A stretch of DNA of 63,912 bases, filler included, from Octopus bimaculoides (GCF_001194135.2; 6 parts of 6 records of this genome joined end to end with filler, not necessarily neighbours in it), one strand, 5' to 3'; positions 51,975-63,912 are shown, numbered from the whole stretch's first letter. Made by a program: numbers and translations. Notes: generated by a model from the sequence alone, not told the origin.

Positions 51975-52804
51975 NNNNNNNNNNNNNNNNNNNNNNNNNN
52001 NNNNNNNNNNNNNNNNNNNNNNNNNNNNNNNNNNNNNNNNNNNNNNNNNNNNNNNATATATATATATATATATATACGACGGGTTTCTTTCAGTTTCAGT
52101 CTACTAAATCCACTCACAAGTTTCTAGTCGGCCCAAGGCTACAGAGGACACTTGCCTGAGATGCCAAACAGGAGGACTGAACCCGGAACCATGTGGTTAA
52201 GAAGCAAGCTTCTTATCACACAGCCACTGGTTCGGCGAGTGTTTTGTTCAAGAAACATTTTCTTAACCATCAATCATCTTGAGGCTATGGTGATACCTGA
52301 CCTAATATTCGTAATAACCGTAATGTAACATCGAACAGCAATATTATTAGCAGATTGACCAGTTCTCACGCTAATAGAGTTGCCACACCCAGAGATAATG
52401 ACCAAGTCGAGACTAGCATCACAGAGAGCGTCACTGAAGACCCCGGTACCACCGCCACGGATAATGAACAAAACATAGATGCGGGGAGAGTGACCAGGCC
52501 TGCAATGTATGAGAGCACGAATACAAACCCCGTACCTCGAAATAATGACCTATCCAGAACCAACGACCTGGAGAGGGCATCTGCTGTTCCCAGTTCTGCC
52601 ACCTCAGATGAGGACCAAACATTCATCTTCGACACTTATAGAATGACCAGCCCCGCGCCATATGTTATCAGGAGTACGAATAGGGCCACACCCCATGTTT
52701 AAAAATATATTGGTTCGGTGAGTACTTCGTTCAAGAAACGTTTTCTTAATTACTAGTCATCCTTCTGAGTCCCAGAAAGACGGTTTGTTACGTCCCTGGC
52801 CCGC

Positions 52805-53240
52805 TATGTGTGGTACCTCAAATATCAAGGGACCCCGTGTGATATCAACTGGAAATTAATTGATTATCTGGGCCCGTATATTAATGGAAGTGACCGTTGC
52901 GAGATCTGCATCTCGGTGAGAACCAAAATTCTTAAGGACTATAAGAAGCCTGGCGTAAAGAGCTGTTTTCTAAATGTATCCACTTCAAGAACTACTTACT
53001 AGAAAATTGAATCGCCCCGTTTGTTCGTTAGGTCTCTACGAGTCTATAAATGTTTTTTTTCCCTATGATTAAGGGGACATAACCCATACTCATTAACGTT
53101 TTTTCGCATTCCTCGAGTTCTGAGCATTTCCTTACGTCTGCGACGTAGATATTTTTACATCTTGTATTCATATAGAATCTGACGAGCTATCCACAAGGCT
53201 TTGGTTTTGTGGGAGCGAAACCTTGGGTAAGTCTATATAC
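52805..53240 (+). mobile_element. PLE endonuclease C-terminal remnant followed by a 3' pseudo-LTR with hammerhead
   Basis: WYLKYQG..INWKLI..PYINGSDRCEIC is the same type as 49445-49685 and 55063-55293. Confidence 0.7.
53170..53238 (+). ncRNA. Type I hammerhead ribozyme with a canonical core
   Basis: ATATAGAAT-CTGACGA-GCT[atCCACAA..TTGTGGg]AGC-GAAA-CC-ttg-GGT-A-AGTCTATAT. Stem I 8/9 paired; G10.1-C11.1 present; predicted GUA cut after 53229. Confidence 0.85.
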
Positions 53241-53440
53241 AATTTTCTTGTAATAATTGCTGCTCTATTTTTTGTGACATATTTTCTTTTAACTATGTAT
53301 ANNNNNNNNNNNNNNNNNNNNNNNNNNNNNNNNNNNNNNNNNNNNNNNNNNNNNNNNNNNNNNNNNNNNNNNNNNNNNNNNNNNNNNNNNNNNNNNNNNN
53401 NNNNNNNNNNNNNNNNNNNNNATATATATGCAGATAGAGG

Positions 53441-53484
<44 letters not shown>

Positions 53485-53774
53485 CATACATACATACATA
53501 CATACATACATACATACATACATACATTCATGCATACATACGTACATACAAACATACATACATACATAGAAATACATATATATATAGACATACATACATG
53601 CATACACACATACATGTGTGTGCATGTCTCTCTGTGTGTGCGGTGTGTCTGTGTGTATACAAAGTAAGCACATAAATGTGGAAGAAGGCGGGAAAAATAG
53701 TACACGAATACAGGAGGTAGAGTAATATGCTTTATTATTAAAACTGCAAAATCATTACAAAAACATCACAAAAA

Positions 53775-53818
53775 AAACTGCTACTCAAAGTTTCACGTTC
53801 CCGTTCGTCGGACAGTTT
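53775..53818 (-). ncRNA. Minimal hammerhead motif, core U4C variant
   Basis: AAACTGT-CCGACGA-ACG-ggaa-CGT-GAAA-CT-ttg-AGT-A-GCAGTTT; all three stems pair. Confidence 0.7.
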
Positions 53819-53859
53819 AGGTTGAGAATGAAACAAAAAAATTAACGTTATATGTATAA

Positions 53860-56850
53860 ATATGCAATTTATATTGACAGCTAAACATTTGAAACTCGTT
53901 CTGTTTCATTGGTCCTTCCAACTAACGGTCTTTTTAAGAACTGGTGATATACATGAAATTAAAATTACGATTTTAAAATTATATTATGTAAAATCGAAAA
54001 AAAACTTAAATCAAAAATTAGCTTTAGCTAGAAGGAAAAAATATGTATACCCAGAGTAAATTAACTAATGGTAAAATAAATTTAATTAAAGCAATATAAG
54101 TCTATTTATAATGAAATATTCACTTACAGAGATCTAAACAGCATAAAAATAAACACGTACAAAAGTATACAAACATTTACTTATGCATACACAAACACAA
54201 AACATATACATATATATACACTAAACATACAAACGTTGATACATGTATACACACATACATATAGACAGACAAATACAGACAAAATATATATACTAATGTG
54301 AATATAGGTATCTGCATACATATATATACACATCATAGGTCTCCGTGTGTATATTCTAAATGCAAATTTATGATGTTGCAAGTTAGAAAAAGAAAACGAA
54401 TCAGAAATAAGAAGTGATGGGAGAAAGAAAAAATAGAAAGAGAACGACAAAAATAGAAAGAGAACGACAAAAATAGAAAGAGAACGACAAAAATAGAAAG
54501 AGAGAGAGATAAAATGATTTGTAAAATGGCGTTCCTAAATGTATCTAACTAATTGTTGGATGCATTAAAACTCTTCTGTAAGCTTTAAACACACACTTAT
54601 AAAACAGATATGCATATCCACATAAATACATACATATATACAATAGCAACACTCATATACACGCATACAAATATACAGATAAACATATACGCATATGTGT
54701 GTATGTGTGTATCTACATACATATATACACATCAAGGTACATGTATACACCATACGAATATATCAAAAATTGTCTAGTGTATTGAATGTTAAAATAAGAA
54801 AATGGTGAAAAAAAATATGTAATATTATTAGATGTAATGGAAAAATATGAAATTTTAAAAAATAACTTTAAAATCTGAATTTGAAAATGAGAAGAAAAAA
54901 ATAACCCCGGCGAAATTTAAATTCAAATTTTTAAACAGTCGAAGGTTTTCTTGTAAATCGAGAAATCTGAAATGTAAAGGCGATAGATGTACAATGGATA
55001 TTATACAAAATGATGTCTGTTTTTAGCTGGAAAAGCCAAATTCAAATGCGGATGTCAAATATCTATACGATTATTTTATAACACGATATTTTATATCTCG
55101 TAGCATGTCTGCGGGAATTCAGAAGCTCCCGCTTTTGGTTCAATGCGTTTTTATCCTGGAACAAGATGAAGAGCTTTTCAGTCAGGAAGAAATTGCACCT
55201 CATTGGGCGTCTATATGCTCTATGCTGATATGATGCAGCTTTCTCTAAGATCATCCAGCTAATATTGAAAGGCCGGGTATCATTTTCTTTCAAAGGCCAG
55301 ACGTGTCTGGCAAGACTCGTTGCTGTCCTATTTTCAGGGTATCGAAATGAATTTCAGTGGGTATATAATCTAGTTTTAAAGGAATGTTCTGAAGCTCCTC
55401 TATATGTTTTGTATTCTTGTGAGGCATCTATTTGCACCTTAGCCTTCTCTCGACAATTTCCTCCTAGCGGACAGCAACTTTGATCTTTACAATTGCAATT
55501 CTTCTGGTTATTTCCGGCACTGTGGTTACTTCTAAATGTTTTCGTGCTGTTCTGGTTAATTAAAGAGGCGAAGCTCTTGCAACAAGAATAGCTAATCTTT
55601 AGCGTTCTTCTATTAAAAGTTCTATAGACCTTATGGTTTTCTTAAAAGTGCCTAGAAGCTACTTTCAAGAATTCTCTGCTTATATTAGTTTTTACTGCAA
55701 TGTTAGATGCCGGATTAAACCATAGAACTTTCCTAGTTCTAGATCTACGTGTTCTATTATTACTACTAGTGCTTTGACTATGCTGGATCTTCGAGAATCC
55801 GTTGTTCCTTAATGCATTATTATAATATAGCGCGAAATTTTGAAACGCTGTCTCGTTTGAAGATATAGATGATATGCACCTTCCTATATTACTCACTAAA
55901 TTCTTAAGTAATGCGGGTGGAGGGTTTGACTCTTTGTTAATATAATATAGTTTTTTATTAAGTTTACGGTGGGGTTTAAATTCATCGAATTGCAAATTTA
56001 AGTTAATATCTAAAAAAATCTACATTATTAAGGTTAGTATCGGTATTCGTAAGCCCATTCTTTGGAAGAAAGCAATAAGATTCTTCCTAAGTATATCTAA
56101 TTCATGGCCGCTCATATTACGGGTGACTATAAGACCGTCATCCCTGTGTAATTCTGCATCTATAAAAGGGAATTCCAAATGCAGGTTATGCAAAATATAA
56201 GCTCTTATAAGCATACATAACTCAACCCTATCATATGGTCCCATCGGCTGATCTAATAAAGAATCTTCGCTCTTTTCGATCCAGGTAGAATCATCGTAAA
56301 AAATGAGGGATTTACTTGCATGCGGGAGATAATATCTATATGCGAACTGTCGATGGTAACGTATTGCTTGGCGAAGTCTAATACTTTAAGAAGTAAAGGC
56401 CTGGAAATTGACGGGTAAAAATCGACAATATCGAACTGCGTATATTTGCAGTTGCATTTGCATGTATCAACATTTGTATGCTTAGCGTATATATGTATGT
56501 ATATGTTTTTGTGTACATATGTATAAGTAAATGTTTGTATACGTTTGTACGTGTGTTTATTTTTATGCTGTTTAGATCTTTGTAAGTGGATATTTTATTA
56601 TAAACAGACTTATATATTTTTTTTTTTTAATTCATTTTACCATTAATTTATTGCTCTGGGTGTACATACTTTTTACTTCTAGCTAAAAACTAATTTTTTT
56701 ATTTAAGTTTTTTTTATCTTACATATGATTTTTAAAATGTAATTTTTAATTCTATGTATATCACCACTTCTTAAAAAGACCGTTAGTTGAAAGGACCAAT
56801 GAAACAAAACGAATTTCAAACGTATATCTATCTATGTAAATTGCATATTC
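53860..56850 (-). mobile_element. Decayed PLE (YRDDG-type RT, C-terminal GIY-YIG; Nematis-like by recollection) flanked by about 330-bp inverted repeats
   Basis: Coding relic 55063-56460: FDIVDFYPSIS, MGPYDRVELC, LHRDDGL, YINKESNPPP, KVLWFNP, ISWMILEKA..RCNFFLTEK..LNQKRELL. 53860-54190 is the reverse complement of 56510-56850. Confidence 0.85.
54431..54502. repeat. 20-bp tandem repeat, about 3.5 copies
   Basis: aaatagaaagagaacgacaa repeated. Confidence 0.9.
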
Positions 56851-56859
56851 ATATATATA

Positions 56860-58010
56860 CAGGGTGTAACAGGTAAATTGGGATCATTTAAATATTTTTA
56901 TTGTAATTGGTATAACTCAGGAAAAACTAAGCACAGCCAAATTTATGTTTATACCAATTTATTGTGGAGTGTTTAGCACCTATTTTAGCTTAATGAGACT
57001 GCCATTTGCTTTCTTTACCAATACAATCCGTTTACGAAATTATGCGCATGCCTTAACTATTTCTACTTGTTTCATTTTTCCGAATGCACGCTTCATCGAA
57101 TCTTTCAGGGAAGACACACAGTTGAGAGAAGATGCGTTGGATATTGCTTCAACTGCGCTCCATAGCCAAAAGTCACACGGATTCAAAATTTGGTGAGCTA
57201 GAGGGCCACATATTTAGAGACAAAGATGGGCAATTCCTTCTTCAAAAATTCTTGTAATCTTTTCGAAGAATGAGCAGGCACAAAGTTCTGTACAAACATG
57301 ACTCAATTTGCATCATAATGCTTCCTAATGCAGGACAACATAACTTCTAAGATTTTAAGATACTCGGCCGTGTTAATCATAAGACCCCTTTCAAGAAAAT
57401 GAGGAGGCATAACTTTTCCATCAATTGCAACAGCTACAAAGACCATAATGGAAGCCGGATTCTCGCTATGCATAACTGAAGGAACTTGGGAATGGTCATA
57501 CGCTATCACTCGTGAGTTTTGATGGTTTGCAGTTTCACCTACCATGAACTTCTTTTCCTCCGTGAATATACGGACGTCTCTACCACAATGTTTCAGATAA
57601 CTAAGAAGTTTGAAACTTCTTTCAGCGCAAATGGCTTGGAGCAGGTAGTTAGAATGTTACGGCATCTCCTCACATACGATTTCATATGAAGGTCTTGTCT
57701 CACAGCCCAAGAAGTGGTCATTTTACTGATTCCTCAATCTTAAACTAACTTTGCCATCGATTTTGATGGGTTCGACTCAATCGATCTTTTAAGTCCTGTT
57801 AAGAAGCGAGGTGTGAATTTTCGGTCTGTGTAACTTTCTCTGAATATCCTGACTTTTCTTCAAATTGACTACAAATCTAATAACAGTAGATTTGGTATAC
57901 TTTGTGTCTCTAACAATCTCCCCACCACTTTTGCTGGCGCGGAATAAATCAGCAATTACTCTTCTACGGTTTAATTTTTTATTAACATTCATAGTTTGTT
58001 CAATCAGAAA
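56860..58010 (-). mobile_element. Decayed Tc1/mariner-superfamily transposon, DD37D (maT)-like
   Basis: TA-CAGGGTG end at 56858-56866; N-terminal HTH (57789-57992); IFTEEKKF.V..NHQNSRV; PASIMVFVAVAIDGKVMPPHF; QNFVPAH; WPSSSP..NPCDFWLW. Confidence 0.85.
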
Positions 58011-58597
58011 TTAAAAAAATATTACAAGTGATTATTCAAGCTGATAATATTTAAAATCTAGACTCCAAGAAAATCTATACAATTAGAAATATATCCATTT
58101 GAAATTTGTTCCAAATTACGTCCGCCACTACTCTCCACGAAAACAATTTAATTTGTGTTCGTGGGAAGAACCATTTTAACGATGCGTACTGCCTTAATTC
58201 TTTGAAACGCCGGAGTTTTAATGGTGGCAATTGATGAAGGGGATGTTTCTATGTGGCCTGCTTGTTTGTTGCACCTTGTTTACCATTTTGTCCTTGTTCT
58301 TTTGCCACGTCATGTACCCAGTTATGTATCTATATGTACTTGTAGATGAACGTATATACATACATGTACATATATATGCATATACTCATATATTGTTTAT
58401 ATATATATNNNNNNNNNNNNNNNNNNNNNNNNNNNNNNNNNNNNNNNNNNNNTTAATTAATTAANNNNNNNNNNNNNNNNNNNNNNNNNNNNNNNNNNNN
58501 NNNNNNNNTATATATATACCTCTCTGTCTTTCTCCCTGTGTTTCTATATTAAATCTCTACTATTTATACAGAAAGCCTGAAAGATAGAGGTGGGGGT

Positions 58598-58678
58598 GAA
58601 GGTGCATAGTTCAGTGGTTAGAGCGTCGGGCTTACGATCATGAGGTTGTGAGTTCCATTCCCTGACCGGGCCTCGTTA
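58598..58678 (+). mobile_element. SINE D/E-type tRNA head fragment
   Basis: CAGTGGTTAGAGCGTCGG...GAGTTCCATTCC..ACCGGGC. Confidence 0.6.
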
Positions 58679-58795
58679 TCGTCCAGCTAACATTCCAGTC
58701 TAGGAAAACAGGACGAATGCTGCCGTTGATTACGGCCAAGAGGCCATCGTCTCTAGCTAGCTATGTGACACACATACCTGTGTCCATTACAACCT

Positions 58796-58923
58796 TCGAA
58801 CAGGGGAGATCAGCAGCTTCCCCTTGCTGGCTCAACATCCACAGACAAGTTTCGGGGTATTTGCCCCTATTGAATGTGGAGTAGACGAACCCAGCAGGCG
58901 TCGCTGCTGACCGTCTGTTCGAA
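58796..58923. repeat. About 128-bp GC-rich hairpin-bounded unit enclosing a decayed hammerhead fold
   Basis: Ends ttcgaacag..tcagcagc / gctgctga..ctgttcgaa. The minus strand of 58838-58880 reads TCCACA-ttcaata-GGGG..CCCC-GAAAC-tt-GT-C-TGTGGA. Confidence 0.6.
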
Positions 58924-60614
58924 GTTTTATTTACCTATGTTAAGTGGAATATGTCCACTGGTCTTCAAATGTGTGTATATATATATATATAAATCTGCAA
59001 TAGTGCCTGTGTGGAAAGTAGCTTGCTTACGAACCACATGATTCCAGGTTCAGTCCCACTGCACGGTACCTTTTACAAGTGTTTTCTACAATAGCCTCGG
59101 GCTAACCGAACCCTAACGGCGATAAAATTGTTAAACTGTTACGTAATAAAAAGAGAAAATTGGGTATCAATATTATCAACAAGATTCATACAGAGACAGA
59201 TTGTTCAACAAGATATTACATAAATACTACAAACTGTAAAGTGTCGACTACCTTCTGTAGAGGGTTAATATATATTATAATAGACATTGTGAGTGTTGAG
59301 GGTGGGTGTATAAACACTGCTATTGGAATTTTCATAATAGTATGTGGGCATCTATATCTTCTCCAGTCGCTTATTGTTTCAAGATATCTTGCCAACTGAC
59401 AACCGTAGTAACAGGTATGAAAACATTAGCAAAAGCAGTGAGAAAAACGGTAGCGTCGGCAGCGGCGGCGGCGGCTGCTGTGACGGCGGCGGCGGTGGCT
59501 GCTGTGACAGCGGCGGCAGTTGAGTAGTGTCAAGGCAATTCAGAACACAATTGAAGGCGGTGACGGCAGTGTGAAGAGTCTAAACGGTGGAAGTGGCTAC
59601 AACTGAGGCCATGCTGGAGCACCGCCTTTGGTCGAACAAATCGATCCCAGGACTTATTCTTTGTAAGCCTNNNNNNNNNNNNNNNNNNNNNNNNNNNNNN
59701 NNNNNNNNNNNNNNNNNNNNNNNNNNNNNNNNNNNNNNNNNNNNNNNNNNNNNNNNNNNNNNNNNNNNNNNNNNNNNNNNNNNNNNNNNNNNNNNNNNNN
59801 NNNNNNNNNNNNNNNNNNNNNNNNNNNNNNNNNNNNNNNNNNNNNNNNNNNNNNNNNNNNNNNNNNNNNNNNNNNNNNNNNNNNNNNNNNNNNNNNNNNN
59901 NNNNNNNNNNNNNNNNNNNNNNNNNNNNNNNNNNNNNNNNNNNNNNNNNNNNNNNNNNNNNNNNNNNNNNNNNNNNNNNNNNNNNNNNNNNNNNNNNNNN
60001 NNNNNNNNNNNNNNNNNNNNNNNNNNNNNNNNNNNNNNNNNNNNNNNNNNNNNNNNNNNNNNNNNNNNNNNNNNNNNNNNNNNNNNNNNNNNNNNNNNNN
60101 NNNNNNNNNNNNNNNNNNNNNNNNNNNNNNNNNNNNNNNNNNNNNNNNNNNNNNNNNNNNNNNNNNNNNNNNNNNNNNNNNNNNNNNNNNNNNNNNNNNN
60201 NNNNNNNNNNNNNNNNNNNNNNNNNNNTACCACCTTAAAGTTATAATGACCCAATTCAAAGTTCTCTATGTAGACCCAACAATTAAACCTCTGCCCTCTC
60301 AGCCCGCCAACGTCTTTCACGGACTACGAGACTACCAAGAGTTAAGTGTCAAACACTCTTTTCTGTAAGGGATCAATAGACATTTTAAGCGGAGATATTT
60401 TTGGTAACATTTTAATTTCAGTAAGCACACGGCTAACGAATTAAAGAATTGATGTTGTGAATGGTGTATAAATATACATAAAAATATATATCAATATATT
60501 ATAAATTAACTACCAACAAAAATAATTGGTAAGCTAACTCAAAAAATCATCACCAAAATAGCAGAAAAAACGACAGTGAAGATATTCAGACTCTTCAAGA
60601 ATCGATCCTTTTGG

Positions 60615-60929
60615 TTATATTAATAATAATAAAGGAGTTACGACGCAAAAACGTATATATTCAAATGAACATATTTCTCTTCTTCAATATATATTTCAGT
60701 ATAAAGAATTCATTAAGAGACTTAATAAATCAAAATTTCTTTACACATCTTCAGGAATAAATGTAGTTTTTCTGATGTCATATTTATTCCTGAAGATGTG
60801 TAAAGACATTTTGATTTATTAAGTCTCTTAATGAATTCTTTATACTGAAATATATATTGAAGAAGATAAATATGTTCATTTAATTATATACGTTTTTGCG
60901 TCGTAATTCCTTTATTATTATTAATATAA
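60615..60929. repeat. Near-perfect 315-bp palindrome (about 150-bp arms, about 17-nt loop)
   Basis: Arms are reverse complements with only a handful of mismatches. Confidence 0.92.
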
Positions 60930-61590
60930 AAATATATATTAATTTCTAGTGCTGGCTGGCAATGGATGAGCGCCACTATATTAAGCAAACTTCGTATTGC
61001 GCATAGGGCAATCAACCAGCAATTTAGAAAAGTGGATCGTTCAGGTAATTTCAGTGGATTGCTGGTTTTCGGAATCAGGTCTCATATTCAGTGTTTTTGT
61101 TCAAATAAATGATGAAGAATGCTAGATGAATATTAATGTTACAAAGGGGGAAAACGGATGCATTTTCCAGACAATAACATACACTACCGAATAACATGCA
61201 TCTACTGGACATACAGCCGCTGACGTTGAGAAAAAAAAAACACTTAAAAAGTAATTACAACTAAGATTCGTATTCAGTTTGCTTATAGGATGCAGCTGCA
61301 ATTTTAAACAGTAAATCTCCGAGGAAACAGAATAGGCGAGACTGTATTAAGTGTTATATTAAATATTATAAATATTGAAAAAATTACAATTGATGTCATA
61401 TTTGGATCCGGCATTATAGAGGTGAGTCAATTCTGTTACTTTCCTTTTAAGATTTGATATTTAAATACACACACACTCATACACACTACATCTAACGCCT
61501 AAACGCACACATGATTTATTTATTAATCTATAAGTCTTTCTGTCCTTATCTATCTTTCTACCTATCAACATATACATAAATACATACGTG

Positions 61591-61655
<65 letters not shown>

Positions 61656-61665
61656 NNNNNNNNNN

Positions 61666-61728
<63 letters not shown>

Positions 61729-63147
61729 CAAACATACATACATACAGTATGATTCTATCTGAACATATAGCCATTTTTATTTGTTCCTCACCTCTCAAAT
61801 TTAAAAAAAAAATCACTTGCTTTTCGTTATTCTTGAGGTTACACACTTTTTGCTCTTTGACCTTTACGTCTCATCTGTATGGAGCAGCACTTCCCAAATT
61901 ATTCTTCACCTGTGGAAGAGTGCCACTTGCGGTGTCTTCTCAACTCTAGCTTGTATCCGCTGCCCTATCTATTTCCTTGAGGACTCTTCAGCTTTATAGT
62001 TCCCAGGTCTATATTTTGTGGGAAATAGCGCACCGGCCTAACTTCAAAGTCGTCGCGGCAACCGACTTCAGAGGGGAAAGAGGCCGAGATAAGGCTATCG
62101 TCTACCATATACAGATGCTTGGGTTTCTTTACCTGGTGTGAAATATTATGCCTGCCCTGAGAGGCCCCTGTGAATTCGACGACCATGATTGTTTTTGCAC
62201 TCCAGGAGAAGAGGAACAAGTTTTGTCGGAATGATGTTACTGCTATCTTCCTTCAGGTCCACTTTCATCTCCCTGTCTGAGGTTGAATACAAAATTTTGT
62301 TCTCATCTTCCTTTAGAAAACCGATACCTTTTGGTGGTGATGGCTGGTGTTTATTAACCTTCATCTAGTGAGTCATGAAACATTAAGTGCTCTGAAGATT
62401 TTGCTTTTGGGTGCAGAGAGCTGTGTTCGAAAGGCAATCACTAAAGATTTCTCGGATACTAAATTGAAAGAAATGATTTTTGTAAGTGTTGTAGGGATAT
62501 ACAATGTTAAGGTGGTAAAACCTGTTCTACTTGATTTCGATTTTTTTTTTGTGTTGATAGATCTATTTAAACGTTTCATGTATTAACTTCATTAAATTCA
62601 ATTACATTCAGTTGACAGGTTTTGAGATATAAATTTGGTGATTTGCAATAGATTTTAACTTTTATGTGTGAGGGTGCACACCTAACTCGAAGTGCCCCAG
62701 GGCTACAAGTTTTCAATCTATTTTCCTTTCAGTACGATTCAAATAAGGACACAATCGGTTTTGGAGCCTGTCAGTCACCTGCCTGACGGGGAGAAGGATG
62801 TCTGTATATTACAATATAATATAGACACGATGGATGGATGTATTATTTCTGAAACGCATGTCATACTGAACTCTGAAAGCCTATATATGTTGATTTATAT
62901 ACATATATATATATGTTGATTTATATATACAAATGTGTATGCGTGTGTTTGTGTGTTTCAGTTTTTATTTGACATTATGACTCATTAAAAAATTATCTAT
63001 AATTATACGCTTCAGATTGGTTTCTCAAGTTTCCGAAACAGGACACAATCTTTGTTTTTCGAGGAATCTGCAATATGAAAGAAATAATACTGGAGTGTCT
63101 GATATTTTGTATTTCCCTCATTTACAGATTAATCTACGCATGAAAAT

Positions 63148-63332
63148 ATGATCCGGCAAAATCTTTATTTTGTGTTGATACTTTACATGAGTTTAATTTT
63201 GGAAATCCATGCTGCTTCAGACCTTTGCACAATACATAGCTGTCTGTGTGATGGTCGGCAACTAGCTTGTAGAAATTGTAGTAACCTCAATCTGACATCT
63301 GTCCCACAAAATAGTACAAATGTTATTTGTTT
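63148..63332 (+). CDS. First coding exon of a signal-peptide LRRNT/leucine-rich-repeat protein
   Basis: MIRQNLYFVLILYMSLILEIHAAS (hydrophobic leader) + CTIHSCLCDGRQLACRNCSNLNLTSVP (LRRNT cysteine pattern). Acceptor tttacag at 63121-63127; donor GTAAGT at 63333, phase 2. Confidence 0.85.
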
Positions 63333-63893
63333 GTAAGTATTAGACAAATTTTACATATTTTCCACATTCAATGTTTTACACACTTCTTCGTGTTGTTCTC
63401 AACGAATACTTTATGGTGTAGGTTTCACAGCTGTATTACTTGCAGGGAAGTCATGTAGACTGTTTCTAAGTGCATATGGAGTCTATAATTTGCATGTTTA
63501 AGCGGCTTACCAAGACATGAACGCTCAGATTGTTTTTAACGGAAAGTTGCCTCACGAAATTCTGACCGACAAAGTGATGCTCCTGATCCCACAATATTTC
63601 CAGTATTCTTTGCGGATCTTTCTGATTTGGCGGACACCACTTGTTTTCTTAACGAAACACTTTCAAACTTGGGACACTGGTAGAATGTGTCATATAAAAC
63701 ATCTTTTATTCTTAGTGTTGTTGAGAAAAGTTTATCTTTTTAAAGTTATTTCGTGTTAAAATTGTCGTATTGTCATTTTAAAGCATCGTTAGTGCTAGTC
63801 CTTCTCTTCCTGCATTTCATTGCATATGATATTTAGTATTTCATCACAAATGTATTTTGTTTTATACTTTTTCATTTCTTATTTACTTTACAG

Positions 63894-63912
63894 AGATCTA
63901 TCCAATAATCAA
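63894..63912 (+). CDS. Start of the next coding exon of the LRR gene (runs off the window)
   Basis: Polypyrimidine tract + CAG at 63891-63893. Splicing tt|a gives ..VICL-DLSNNQ, matching the LxLxxNxL consensus. Confidence 0.85.

Noticed and set aside
56765-56815. Hammerhead in the inverted repeats of the 54-57 kb PLE
   Set aside because: Only a vague AAGACC..GGACC..GAAAC remnant; core absent.
60955-61000. ggatgagcgccac..aagcaaac as a hammerhead
   Set aside because: Core and GAAA are both incomplete; stems do not pair.

Overview
AT-rich, repeat-dominated animal genomic DNA from a gapped short-read assembly, with many N runs flanked by microsatellites. The tRNA-derived SINE families look like those I recall from octopus/coleoid genomes; this is inference, not a database match. 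The only supported host gene is at the right edge: two coding exons (63148-63332 and 63894-end, + strand) of a signal-peptide LRRNT/LRR protein. The rest is decayed mobile DNA: at least five SINE families, two mariners, a DD37D/maT-like element, a hAT relic, RTE-like and RLE-type LINE fragments, and remnants of at least three kinds of Penelope-like elements (PLEs). The most notable hidden layer is about ten type I hammerhead-ribozyme-like motifs from several sequence families. Some sit in fold-back pairs. Two belong to a short element that fuses a tRNA-type Pol III head to a hammerhead-bearing PLE-like tail. Most long ORFs in the supplied track are artefacts of gaps and microsatellites. All folds and alignments were done by eye.
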